A stretch of 64,000 nt of DNA from Octopus vulgaris (Eukaryota), in contig OX597830.1 of the NCBI GenBank assembly GCA_951406725.2, positions 29,326,001-29,390,000 on the forward strand, written 5' to 3'. The position numbers and the translations under genes are program-made. Shown one piece after another: positions 1 through 13,870 of the stretch (within the stretch, counting starts at the first letter, position 1; each line of letters starts with the position of its first letter). The notes under the pieces were generated by a model. It worked only from the letters and a program-made list of their open reading frames with translations, searched no databases and had not been told where the DNA came from.

Positions 1-37
1 CACAAACACTATACATGTATACATATTGATATCTTGC

Positions 38-83
<46 letters not shown>

Positions 84-414
84 ACATATATAAAGATAAT
101 CATTGTACACAGTCAGACACATACAGATAACCATAGAGAGTACTAAACAACTTTAATGGCGGTTAGTGTCCATGCTTCGTTAGGTGTTTTGGATATACGA
201 TTGGAAGACAATGCGTGGATATTAATTGATTTTTTTTTTGTCTAAATTATGTCTGTTTTTATATACAGTGTTAGATATTTCTATAAATCACTTCAGCGAC
301 TTTTATTTGCTTATTTTTCCTGTTCTCTTTCCGCATTTAATTCATCCGTCCAGCTCGCTGTGTATTTCTCTGTTTATTTATCTACACCACGTTCACCGGT
401 GTGACGTATGTGTA

Positions 415-943
<529 letters not shown>

Positions 944-946
944 CGT

Positions 947-1160
947 ATTTTATTCTTTTATTTGTTTCAGTCATTTGACTACAGCCATGCTGGAACACTT
1001 CTTTTAGTCGAGCAATCGACCCCAGAACTTATTCTTTGTAAGCCTAGTACTCATTGTATCGGTCTCTTTTGCTGAACCGCTACATTATGAGGACGTAAAC
1101 ACACAGACATCGACTGTCAAGCGATGGTGAGAGGACAAACACACACATTCAACAATGCAC
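947..1160 (-). mobile_element. SINE family A, 3' half, directly adjacent to the previous copy
   Basis: Repeats tttgtttcagtcatttgact...gtcaagcgatggtg from 575-750. Confidence 0.85.
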
Positions 1161-1294
1161 ACACACACACATATATATATAAACATACATATATATATAT
1201 ATACAGGTATATATTTATACATTCATATACACAATATTCCTATACACACACGCACACTCACATATATACACTTATATGCGTACATCTATATGTC

Positions 1295-1433
1295 TTTCTA
1301 TCTATCTATCTGTCTATCTATCTATCTATCTATCTATTTCTCTATCTATCTATCTATCTATCTATTTATCTATCTCTATCTATCTGTCTGTCTGTCTTTG
1401 TGTGTCTGTGTGCTTCCCTGTGTGTCTGTCTAT

Positions 1434-1474
<41 letters not shown>

Positions 1475-1493
1475 GATCGATCTATCTATCTAT
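1295..1493. repeat. Compound (TATC)n/(TC)n microsatellite
   Basis: Visible tandem units. Confidence 0.9.
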
Positions 1494-1544
1494 GTTAAAT
1501 GAAGAACAAATAAAAAACAAACAAAAAAACTGAACAAACTATAA

Positions 1545-2150
1545 CACTACCAAAGATACACACAATTCTCTGCTCGAAAAAGAAAGTATAATCTCCAACA
1601 ATGTATGAAGACTATCATTAATAACCAAAGAATAGCTGAGGAGAATTGGGCCGTTGAGAACATCAAACGCAACCCTAAAGCGTTCTCGTTTGTGAAAAGA
1701 CCCAAAGTCACTCTCTCCAATGTTAGCCCTCTAACTGATGAAAATGGCAATCTCCAAAGAAATGCCCAAATCATGAGTGGGATTCTGCAGGAACAGTACT
1801 GCTCTGTTTTTTGCAATCATGATATGGCGGATCTGGACTATATCAGTGATGTTAATCTTCAACACACTACATCGGACATAAAGTTTGGCCCCTCTGATGT
1901 CGTAGCGGCAATTAAAGCGAACTTAAACACAATTCAGCAGTAACCCTCTGATAGGTTCCCTGCCTGTGTCTTGAAGGTGTGTGGGCACCAACTTGCATCG
2001 TGTTTTGCTATTCTGTGGAAGAACCAACTAGATGCCGGTTATATTCCTGAGAACATTCTGTCTCAGTCTGTTGTTCCTGTTTTTAAAAAGGGAAACAAGT
2101 CCCTTGTAGTGACCTACTGGCTGATCTCGCTCACCTCTCATATCATCATG
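1545..2150 (+). pseudogene. CR1/L2-type LINE ORF2 fragment (region leading into reverse transcriptase)
   Basis: ORFs 1605-1943 and 1971-2174 give NIKRNPKAF and LKVCGHQLA...AGYIPE...VVPVFKKGNKSLVVTYWLISLTSHII, matching the CR1-group motif PIFKKGDK...NYRPISLTS. Frameshifted. Confidence 0.85.
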
Positions 2151-2235
2151 TCACGTTATGCTAAACAGCTTTAATCTGCATGCATGATTTAGCTTCGTTA
2201 CTATGGCAACAGTCCGGATATTTATTGACCTGACC

Positions 2236-2281
<46 letters not shown>

Positions 2282-3256
2282 CTGTCTGTCTCTCGAGCTA
2301 TCTACTATCTATCTATATATCTATCTATCTATGTATCTATCTTTGTATATATACATACATACATACTTATATGTGTATGCATGGAAGTGCATGTGTGCGT
2401 ATGTGTGTGTTCATGCATGCAATTCTGATCCTGCTTTCATCTATGTTATCAGCCATGCAGTGTTACCTACATCATAATTATTTTCTCGGTCACATTGACC
2501 TGACCGCTCACTTCAGTGAAGTACATTTTGTATGGAATCGATTACTTATTGAAGAACAGTTATGGAATTTTGACAATAGAAGAGCTCTTTTGTAACCATC
2601 ATTCTTCTGACAAGTACATTCAAAGAACACATATACACTCGCACACCCTCACACATGCACATACGCACAATATATACAGGCATGTATATATAAAGATGAA
2701 ATACGTTTCCATAGTCCTACGCTCATGAGGCGGGTTCTCTACATTGTACGGCGTATGAAATCCCCAGTGCGCCTGGACGCATCACTGCCCTGTAGCAGGA
2801 TTACTTTGTTAGCTGAATGGACTACAACGACAGGAAATGGAGTGTTTTCCTCAGAAACAACAGTATAATCCCTTCTCAGAATGACGACCACAATCTTACG
2901 GCCATGAGTACTACACATCAAGCAATAATCCTCGGTATATTTGTTTATATAAGGAATTACTCTATTACCCGGACTTCAAACTCACAGTCATACAAACTCA
3001 TGAACCCCCGCCACATACACACGCACATAGATATTGTATTCTTTCCTTATTGGTAAGGACAACAAAACCATTGAACTCCATGTATTGACGAATACATATC
3101 AAATATAGTGAGGATTCAAATGTATGCTCTGATAGTTGTTTGAGCTTGAATGATTTCCCTATAATATACGGCAGACTATAAGAGCTCAGCGGACTATTAG
3201 ATCATCAGTGGCACGATACTTGTACAAGCTTGCATTTAAAACCTAGTTGTTTGGGG

Positions 3257-3311
<55 letters not shown>

Positions 3312-3397
3312 GAGTGAGACACAGAGACACAAACAACATACGACTATACTGATAAACAAATTAAATATATCAGCATGGGTTCGATGTCTGTATGTAT

Positions 3398-3429
<32 letters not shown>

Positions 3430-3719
3430 GCTCACACACACACATATATATATTAATAGAGTATTATTGCCATTCTTAAAAATAAGTTTAACCTGAATAG
3501 GCAAAACATGCAAAATATCCAAATAAATGATGGTACCGAAATACCAGGTTGTTAGAAATAGTTTCTTAATAGTGAGAAATTTGTGGCTTTGGAGCGTTGA
3601 CACATATTTCTAGCAAGGTGCTATTTCGGTACTCTAATTTATATGCGTGTGTGTGTGTGTGTGTGTGTGTGTATTTGTGTATGCGTTCATTTTATCCACA
3701 TGTGTGTGTGAGTGTGTGT

Positions 3720-3762
<43 letters not shown>

Positions 3763-3764
3763 TG

Positions 3765-3975
3765 TATCAGTGTTTCCCCACTACCACCAGTTGACAATCG
3801 ATGTCGGTGTGTTTAGATGCCCATAACATAGCGGTCCGGTGAACGTGACCTTAACCATAATTACCAAGCTTAAAAAGATAAATGCCGGGGTCGATCCATC
3901 GGTCGGAATATATTCTCCGAGGCGGTGCTCTAGCAGGGCCACAAGGTAATTACTGAGATAAGCAAAAAAAAAACA
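3765..3975 (+). mobile_element. Degraded SINE family A 3' half
   Basis: ttgacaatcgatgtcggtgtgttta...ggcggtgctctagcagggccac resembles the family A 3' region. Confidence 0.65.
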
Positions 3976-4309
3976 TAAGACAAAAGACTTCAAAATAGCT
4001 GCGTGAAACTTTCTGTTGATTCTCATTTCGCTGACACACCCCTCATTGTTGTTTTTCTGAATCAGTAATAATGCTGACGACTTGATTATGCTACCGTGAA
4101 TACTTTGAAAAGGATGACTCGTATATTTTCATATACGCTCCAACGATGCAGAACCTCCTCAAAAATGACGATCAGCAATTTTAGTCCACTTCAATAAATG
4201 GCCGGAAATATAAGCATATTGCACGCTGCTCACAATGAGTCGTAATCAAACTAGCGCCAATTGCATAAGAGGCACCGCGACAGCTTACTTAGCTGTATCT
4301 CTTCCTGTG

Positions 4310-4383
<74 letters not shown>

Positions 4384-4628
4384 TATATATATATATGTGT
4401 ATATACACATAAACACACACACACACGCACACACTTATATATTTATATATGAGCATATTTGTTTATATATACATATATGACACACCCACATATATATAAT
4501 TACATACACACTTAATATGCATATATTTGTGTATGTTTATGCATGTATACATACGTATGTGTTTGCGTGTATTCACGCTCCTCTATGTATGTACGTAGGA
4601 ACATATCAATCTATCTATCTTTCTATAA

Positions 4629-4664
<36 letters not shown>

Positions 4665-4737
4665 GCATATATATGTATGTATATTTATATATATACGTAT
4701 GTATATATATGTATGTATATATATATATATACATACA

Positions 4738-4768
<31 letters not shown>

Positions 4769-5371
4769 GCACATATATATATATATATGTATGTATATAC
4801 ATATATATGTGAAGGGTCTTTGTGTGTCCTTCATATCACTCTCCTTGTTTCTCGTATTATTTAGATACAAGCATTTCACATCATCGTGTCTGTTTTTATT
4901 ATTTCTTCCCTTCACAGATACACACAGACATACGTAGACACAGCCACACTCAACCACACACACAAACATACTGAGACATGCATACACGCAAACAAACTCA
5001 CAGTTGCCCACACAAGTCTACACACAACACACACACACACATACACACATACATACACACAAACACACACACACACACTCAGAGAAGCACTCAATTACAC
5101 TGAATCCTTTTTCTCTTCCTCACCTCCGTTGAACTCTTTCATGTGTATTTGACGTTCATTGTTTTTACACTCTGCATTCTCTCTTTCCAATACCTATTCC
5201 ATTATATTCGCTTTGACGAAGCTGCTTTAATAATAGAAGATATTGCTATGACTTAACCGCGTATATATTTAAATAAAAACAACTGCTGCAGTAGCAATAA
5301 CCCCCACCACAACCACAACCACACTACTGCCTACCAACACCAACACCAACACCAACACCGACAAGACAACC

Positions 5372-5417
5372 AATAATAATAATGATGATAGTGATGATGA
5401 TGATGATGATGATGATG

Positions 5418-5466
<49 letters not shown>

Positions 5467-5489
5467 TGATGATGATGATGATGATGATG

Positions 5490-5532
<43 letters not shown>

Positions 5533-5557
5533 TGGTGATGATGATGATGATGATAAA

Positions 5558-5589
<32 letters not shown>

Positions 5590-5606
5590 TGGTGATGATG
5601 ATGATG

Positions 5607-5637
<31 letters not shown>

Positions 5638-5657
5638 TGATGATGATGATGGTGGTG

Positions 5658-5723
<66 letters not shown>

Positions 5724-5725
5724 GC

Positions 5726-5757
<32 letters not shown>

Positions 5758-5762
5758 TAATA
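5372..5762. repeat. Alternating (AAT)n/(GAT)n trinucleotide array
   Basis: Blocks of AAT interspersed with GAT/GGT; source of the poly-I/L/Y ORFs. Confidence 0.95.
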
Positions 5763-6183
5763 GCAACAGCCACTGCATATAATAATAAAACAATAAAAGA
5801 CGAAATGCAATCTAACCAAAACAAATCGGGTTTCCGGCAGAATACTGGTTTCATTTGCTGATGTGACATTAATAAGTTAACATGTCCACAACACAGGCCA
5901 CGAATGTATAAAACAATACATGGTCAATAACTTTGCTTTTTGTTTTTGTTTTGCGCGTTTGATATGCTTATGCTTCCATTTAAACCGACCACTTTCATTT
6001 CTAATTGATTTTACGTAAGTCTTTAAAGCAGCTTCATACATATTGTTTTTCCAATGTTTTTCTATTCATTTATATTATTATTTCTCATTGCTCAGATCAG
6101 CACAATTTGCAGTTGCTGTCGTCGTTTTGTACCCCGTCCTCCTTCTCCTCTCCTCTCATCTCAGGTCTGATGATGCTGATCTA

Positions 6184-7080
6184 TGGCAGAATCGCTAGAG
6201 TGTCCTGTCAATATTGCCTTACTGTATTCTTTCAAACTCTTAACATTATGAGTTCAAATCCTGGCAAGATCAAATATACTTTCATTACTCTACTCTGTTG
6301 TTCATAAAAGAAAGTACCGATAATGTGATGGGATTAAAGTACTCGATTAAACATATTTTCCCTTAAAAGCTGCTGACATTGTGCCTATGCTGTCAACAAG
6401 TATGTAAACATTCCATTCTGAGACAATGTTAAGCTGGCGAGCTGGACGAATCTTTACGATCTGAGTTCAAATTCCGCCAAGGTCGACTATGTCTTTCATC
6501 CTTGCGGGGTAGATAAATTAAGTACTAGTTGAGTACTTAATTGAGGTCAATGTAATCGACTTACCAACTCCCCCGAAATTGCTGGCTTTGTGCGAAAATT
6601 TGAAATCATTATTATGAGATAATATTGAAGGTAGCAAGCAGGTAGAATCGTTAGTGCACCAGTCAAAATGGTTAGATGCATTTTATCCGTCTTTACGTTC
6701 TGCTTTCAAATACAACCGTAGTCGGCTTTGCTGTCACCATTTTGGGGACAATAAAAATAAGTAGAGTCCAGCACAGGGGTCGATGTAATCGACTAGTCCC
6801 CGCGCCCCACACTTAATTTCATACCTTGTGCCTATAAAAGGAAAGAATGGATCATTACGTGATGCTGCAGAAGATGGCAAGCTGGCAGAATCTTTAGCAC
6901 ACTCGGCAACAAATACTTACCGTCATCTCGTCCGTCTTTACGCTCTGAGTTCAAATCTCGCCGTAGTCGACTTTGCCTTTTATGATTTCAAGTTCCAGTT
7001 GAACTCTGATGTCGATGCAATTGACTTAAACACCTCCTCGAAATTGCTGGCCTTCTCTCAAAATCTGAAACTGTTATTAT
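6184..7080 (+). mobile_element. Four head-to-tail degraded SINE family B copies (older subfamily)
   Basis: Recurring ggcagaatc...gagttcaaat...ttcatcc...aagtac...gatgtaatcgac motifs starting near 6184, 6432, 6630 and 6875. Confidence 0.75.
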
Positions 7081-7729
7081 GAAATATTGTTTACCAAGAA
7101 TACATTATGTTATGCGCTCTTGCTTTTATAAGGCTACAAGCGTGGCTTGAGGAAAATTCGGTCGTCACATTTTGCAAATGAAGTGACGAATCTGTGGCTA
7201 CTTTGTTTACACGACGCCATATTTTAATGCTTGACATACACGAATGCTCTAACGTGGATTGTCCGCTCCAAACGGATATGAAACTCTGATACTAGATTCT
7301 ATGCTGTGTTTGTTTACATGAATTTCGCCGGCTCTTACAAAAGCCTATTAATAGATACTGGTGATCAAAGATAATCAAATATATCTTTATTCTGGCAACA
7401 TAAACATGACCAAAAATCCTGTTTCATTATCTATTTGTTGCTACTGACTGTTACCACTGGCCGCATCGATAATAACATAGGACAGCAGAATAAACAAGGC
7501 AGGGTTCTTTTCCTGCCTACTGCTGTTTAAATACCTTCAGAACCAAGACAACTCACTTCAAAATGTCCTAATGTCGACAACAACAGAATTCATACTATCC
7601 GGAATTACAACTGCCTAGCAAGCACTCACACATAAAAGCACACACACACATACACACACACATACACACACACACACGCCTACACAGACATGCACACACG
7701 ATTAAATGAACCTTCATGAGAATCACACA

Positions 7730-8450
7730 ATACATTTCTAGTACACTGTCTTACGATTTTCTATCAATAAGCTCTGGTACCATTGTAACATCGGAACAGG
7801 TTAATAGTATATACTAAAGTGTGCGAAAGTGTGAGTTTGTATCATTGTATCATTGATATCTTTAATAGCGTTTGAAACTAATTTTCGTTCTTGATAAACT
7901 GGAAACGAAAAATTAAGCAATAAATCAGACGCTTGTTTTCATAGATGTACCACAAGAGTCACCACTAAATTACGAGTTAAATCATTTTCTTCAGTATCGT
8001 CTCCAAATTTCAACCATATTCCCCACTAGAGGCTTGTGTGTATGGTAGGGCTCACATACCTCCAGGTTTTTCTATTTTTTTTCAAAACACTAAAAGTTGT
8101 TATACTGATGATTTAAGAATCTGTTTTAATATATTTGGAGCGTTTTAGGATTTTATCTATGTTTATGAATTCTCTCTTTAAATTTTACAGATCTGTCGTG
8201 ACAGTCCAACCCTCTTAAAGTTTACTTTCTGGTATCAATTTGTAAGTTGCCTATTGCTTTATGTGCGATTGTTTTTAGTGGTATGACTCTTGATTGGATA
8301 TAGCCTTACAATTTATTTTTAAGCGCCATAAAACATGTCCAGTTTATGTTAAGAATACACATAGACAAAGTAGGAAATTCACAGTAAGATATGGGTAATT
8401 TCAGACGCTTTCCTAGAAATGCTAACGGAAGCAGCATTTATGACGTCATA
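7730..8450 (-). pseudogene. Highly decayed Penelope-like element (RT thumb to GIY-YIG)
   Basis: Minus-strand pieces across frameshifts occur in Penelope order: IDKILKRSKY, ALPYTQ, TILKK, then LVYTI-TCS...VRQ (GIY-YIG-like). Heavily degraded. Confidence 0.45.
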
Positions 8451-9517
8451 ACTCCTAAAATGCAAAACCAAAAAGTACTTGCACTGCTTTACCGCCAAGT
8501 TTAATTTCGTATTTATAGAAAATTGCAATCATGAGTTTATAGGGATGGGTTAATATAAACCCAATTTCTTGCAGAATATGGTGTAACAATAACTTGTGAG
8601 GAAAAGGGTTACTATCGTCGGTAATCAGTTGAGTAACTTTGGTTCTGGTTACAAATTCGCCGGAGTTCAGTTTTGTATTTCGTACTTGTATCAAGTAGGG
8701 ATTTTAATTTACTTTTTCTATAAAGAACACTAGATCCCTAAGAAAAATTAATACAATGATAAGAAGAGAACCCCACTGAATGTTTACTTTTGTATAACTA
8801 CAAACATATACAAGAAAATGCTGACCATCAACTTTTTTAAAGTTTTCTCTCAGCATGCGGTGTGCAGGGGTACTTTCAAGTTGCAAAAGTCTTTGCTCGC
8901 CGTAATGAAAGGCGAATTTCTTTCTTCCTCATTCTTACTTTATTTTCTCTCTGTTCTTTCTACAGAACACCCTTTCTGTCCAACGGAAGCGTAAAGCATA
9001 TGTTTCACGATGTAACAGCTAAGCATTTCCCTTGGACATGATCACTATCTATGTATTTCTCTTCCTAAAAGTATTGTCATGACGAAATCACGGCACGGAT
9101 TCATTCCAAGTTCAAAGGCAATTATAATGCGCTTTCAACATAATTATTTGCACCGCTTTCTCTACACACAGAAGGAAAATATAAACATGATACTCTTCTT
9201 TATCCTTAGCCAAAATATAAGGCCTTATGTACAAAATTAAAAGCTAAAATCGATATATGTGTTTACTTAATGTGTTTAGAAGACAGGTAGTTAAAAACAG
9301 GGCACGCTGACATTTTCAAATAACAATAACGGAAATCTATATGTTTATTTGAAGAGTAATCGATTACTTATTAGTGCTGGAGCAGATTGAAACCATTGGA
9401 AACGTGATTGTTTTATTGTTTTATTGCTTTTTTTCTAAGTTTTCGTCTTAATTCACACTCAATTTTGAAGTAAACTATTCCCATTGAAGGGACTAATATC
9501 TTTTCCTGCTTATGTAT

Positions 9518-9524
9518 GTATCTG

Positions 9525-9593
<69 letters not shown>

Positions 9594-9660
9594 ATATCTA
9601 TCTATCTATCTATCTATCTATCTAGAAAAATACTTACACAGATATGCATATAAAACCAAT

Positions 9661-9712
<52 letters not shown>
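9518..9712. repeat. (TATC)n and (TA)n microsatellites
   Basis: Visible tandem units. Confidence 0.9.
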
Positions 9713-9718
<6 letters not shown>

Positions 9719-9720
9719 AA

Positions 9721-10053
9721 GGCGCGTGGCTCAGTGGTTAGAGCGTCGAGCTTACGATCGTGAGGTTGTGAGCTCGAATCCCGGACCGGGCTGCGTGTTG
9801 TGTTCTTGAGCAAGACACTTTATTTCACGTTGCTCCCGTTCACTCAGCTGTAGAAATGAGTTGCGACGTCACAGGTGCCAAGCTGTATTGGCCCTTGCCT
9901 TTCCCTTGGATAACACTGGTGGCGTGGAGAGGGGAGACCGGTATGCATGGGCGACTGCTGATCTTCCATAAAAAACAACCTTGCCCAGACTTGTGCCTCA
10001 GAGGGTAACTCTCTAGGTGCAAACCCATGGTCAGTGTCTGACCGAAGGGGGTC
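9721..10053 (+). mobile_element. tRNA-derived SINE family C, full length
   Basis: A box TGGCTCAGTGG, B box GCTCGAATCC, core-like TGTGTTCTTGAGCAAGACACTTT. Very similar to the inverted copy at 63020-63321. Confidence 0.9.
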
Positions 10054-11544
10054 AAAGAACAAAGAAGAAGAATATATATATATATATATATACGCACATA
10101 GTTATAGATACAAGGTAATATATCTATCATATTTATCATATGTATTATATATATGACAGCATATATTCCTCATATATACGGATGTGTGCGTGATACAATC
10201 ACAAATCTGCTAGTATCAAGTAGAATCTTTTGTAGTTGTCCTACCCTAACTAGTGTTGTGAGAGAAAGAGGGAACAAGTACGTTGTGAAAGTATTAAATA
10301 GAATGTTGAGAATGACCAACATAAATTAGGTGTATTAGATAATACTGCGATACTGCTGTACGTTGGAGAAGCAAATAACACCATAAACCAAATGTATATA
10401 TTGTGCGAGAGTACGACGCCGCCTGGCGAGAATGGACTGGGCCATTACATATAAGTAGTAGCGATCAAGTCCCCGACCCCTATTTGTCCCGTGTATTGTC
10501 CCCTCTTTGTTTAACCCTTGTGGTTTGAATAAAATCATCGTACTAGTTTCATAGTTCGTGTGTTGATAGTTCAAATTTGCAGCTCAACTTTTACAGTTCG
10601 CGCTAGCGTGTTCGATTACTCATAAGAGATTCTTAAAAGATTGTTGTTACGTTCCGAGTGGCTATTGCCGTTTATTACGATTACCTTATTACACTGTTGT
10701 AGTGTATTCGTTTAGCCATAAGGATATAAGTATACAGTGAATATATATGAATAGACTTTTTGTAATATTCCACTTGTTTAAGAAAAGAGGACCAATGGTT
10801 TAAATATTCTCCACTGCAAGGCTCATAATATTACACACATCTACTTGTCCCTGTTCAATGTTGTAAAAAGAAGCTTTTTATATGCTTGTTTTGGCAGTAC
10901 TTGGGTCACCTTTCGTATAGAGGTTTAAATCTTCATTCTAAATGTTGTCGTTTGTAGAAATTCGTAAGTTTTCTCATTCATCCCTTGAAATTTTGGGCCT
11001 GATATTTTAGAGTGTCTTTCCTGTTTGCGCTGCGTTGTGACAGACACTTTCTGTTGATGAAAGACCTGTATCGCTTTTTATGAAGTGATATCCTTTTTCA
11101 ACAGTATCGCTGGTTTTAGGCTCTTTTTCTTTCTTAAGTCATCCTCTGAGCCATCTCATTTATTTATTTTTCCGAAGATATATATTTTTGTTATAAATTT
11201 TATCAATGTAAACAATCCAAAAGAGCTCTGACTCTACATGTTTATTATTTCCCTACCGATTTGCCTGTACTTTGAAAGCCGAAACTACCATCCTCACATA
11301 AGGGCAAATAAAATTAGTACAGTTTAAACTGGTAATATTCATAGCCTTGCCCTTTTGCATTGAGCATGAAATAACCAGGGGTATTAAATCGCATTGCTGC
11401 TAATTTATCGATCTTTGTTGTACTGTAATGAGTTTCTTTCGTTACTAGGAAAATCTAACGTTGATTTAATTTTCTTTTTATTTGCTCACGTTTACCAATC
11501 CTGTTTCCCAACATTAAAACTTAATATTTCTTAATATTTCTTAT

Positions 11545-12827
11545 AATTTGAATAGGGCGCCACTTTTGTGCAACGAAATTTGAACGCATGCTTTTATCAT
11601 GTTTGCTATCTCTCTTCACTCTGATTAATAGTTTTCTGTATGTTTTTCAGAATAGTGTGCAGCGTGTCATGGAGCAGTTTACCGCCGTGAAGACATTTTA
11701 CCAAAACAGAGAAAATGCAACGCAAATAACTCGAGCACTTCGTACCATTTTAGGGAGAAATGAAGCACCCTTCGAGTCTATGGTTCGCAGACTAATGATG
11801 AAGTTTAAAACAACTGGTTCTGTGGCAACCGCAGAAATCACCTAGGCAGAATCGTTCTCGTCGCACAGAGTAACAAATTGCTGTTTTACGAGACATTGTC
11901 ACTCTGAGTCCGGGAAGATCGATTCGCTGACGTTCGCAGCGGCTGGGTATCCAACCACTTCATTACATCGAATTTTGCATAAAGATCTCCATATGCATGC
12001 GTAAAAAATTCAACTTATGCAGCATATTCAGTCAACTGACGGCGGGCGGCGAAGGGAATTTGGTGACTGGGTTGTGGAAAGACTTGCAGGTAACGAAAAT
12101 TTTGCAAAGAAAATCATCTCCAGTGACGAGGCTCACATCTACTTGAGTAGATTTGTCAATAAACGAATTGCCCGATTTGGGGAAATGAAAATCCTCAAAT
12201 AATGTAAGAGCGTGAAATGCATCCACTTAAAGCGACTGTGTGGAGTGATTTTTGGGCAGGTGGGGTGCTTGAACCGTTCTTCTTTAAAAATAATGAGGGG
12301 AATGCAGTTATCATTAATGGAGAACATTACCGAAGTATGATATCCACTCAGTTATGGCCGAACTTAGAAGATGCGGATATTGATAATCTCTGGTTCAGCA
12401 GGGTGGAGTGACCTGCCACACTTAGCGCCAAACGCTTACATTAATCCACGAAAATGTTCGACTACGAGTGATATCCTTGCACGGTGACCAGCAATATCCA
12501 CCAAGTTCCTGTGAACTTATCCCTTGTGATTTCTTCTTCTGTGGTATGCGAAATCACAAATATGCGTCAAGAAACCACGCACAATTCCTCAACTCAAGGC
12601 TGAAACCAGGCGTGTGACTGGAGGCATCGGGCCAAACATTTGGGAAAGAGTTACCGGACATTTCGAGGAGCGCATAAATATATGCAGACTCAGTGCAGGA
12701 AGTACATATGACAGAAATTGTGTTCCATACAAAAAGGGAAGACATAACTCATTAGAAATTTACAGAATATAACCATGTTTATAAGAATTCGTTTCAATTA
12801 TTCAATTTTCAAATTCGGTGCCCTTTA
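11545..12827 (+). mobile_element. Decayed Tc1/mariner-superfamily transposon, DD41D (rosa/Visitor) type
   Basis: Transposase pseudogene from ATG 11669 with KIISSDEAH, W(F)QQ[G for D]G..CHT and PPSSCELIPCDFF. Counted 41 codons between the second and third catalytic positions. Several stops and frameshifts; right end GTGCCCTT followed by TA. Confidence 0.9.
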
Positions 12828-12856
12828 TGCATCATACATACATAAATACATACACA

Positions 12857-12947
<91 letters not shown>

Positions 12948-13119
12948 CATATATGAATATATGTATGTACATATAACTGCATAACAACAGATGGATAGAG
13001 TTTCAATCGACTCCAGCCGGTTCCAACAAAGTTTTAATTGATTGATGGAGAAATTACATTTTTGGAAAACACTATTATCCTCAGGTGAATACATGAATCA
13101 CAATTCAAGCCTCCAACAG

Positions 13120-13870
13120 CGGACAAATAGAAAGTGATTTCTGGGACAGGAGTGTGTAAAGAATTGTTGGTCTATATGTCTATATATCTGTGCGTGTGTG
13201 CGTGCGCGCGTTTCTTTGTATTTGTGTTTGTCCCCACATCACCACTTGACAATCCGTGTTGATGTGCTGAGGTCCCTGTAACTTAGCCACTTCAAGATAC
13301 TATGTGTGCGCGTGTGAGTGTATATAATTAATTTAATAAACGAGAAAATGACAACAAGAAAACAAAAACAATAAACAAGGATTTGAGGACGTAGCACATG
13401 TAAAGTATTAATAAGACGATCAGAGAAAGAAAAGTGTGGCTGTTTTACGTTTCGGGCATAGCTTCTCCCCGGAAACAGAAGACATAGGAAAGTCCAAAGG
13501 AAAAACAAGGAGGAAAAATTCATCAACAGTCCCCATGTAGTTACATTTTGGAAATGACCGGAAATAGGTAGACAAAGAGAAAGTGCATTCCGGGACAGGA
13601 GTGTGTAAAGAATGGTTGGTATCCATGTCTATATGTCTGTGTGTGCCCCCGCGTTTCTTTGTGACTGTGTTTGTCCCCACATCACCATTTGACAACCGGT
13701 GTTGATGCGTTTACGTCCCTGTAACTTAGCGAAGCCGATTGAGTAATAGAGTAAGTACTAGGATTAAGACAAAATAAGACTTGGAATCGATTCGTTTCAC
13801 TAAATCTTCTCTAGGCCGCAATCTAACCCTGCAAAGCCGCAGTCAAATGACTGAAAGAAGTAAAAGAACA
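13120..13870 (+). repeat. Diverged tandem duplication of a Penelope-terminal-like segment fused to the SINE A 3' half
   Basis: gggacaggagtgtgtaaagaat...gtttgtccccacatcacca...ccctgtaacttagc occurs at about 13143-13288 and 13591-13730. Confidence 0.75.

Noticed and set aside
2817-2934. Short ORF start MDYNDRKW...NNS...NLT...AIILG suggestive of a receptor N-terminus
   Set aside because: Weak donor site, no downstream exons identified and no recognisable homology.
7482-7526. Hairpin ACAGCAG...AGGCAGG/CCTGCCT...CTGCTGT
   Set aside because: Large asymmetric bulge and too short for a miRNA precursor; likely chance.
9721-9792. tRNA-like sequence with A and B boxes
   Set aside because: It is the head of SINE C: it continues into the SINE body, and the acceptor and anticodon stems pair poorly.
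10860-10950. QYLGHL peptide reminiscent of Gypsy reverse transcriptase
   Set aside because: Single short motif with no supporting neighbours.
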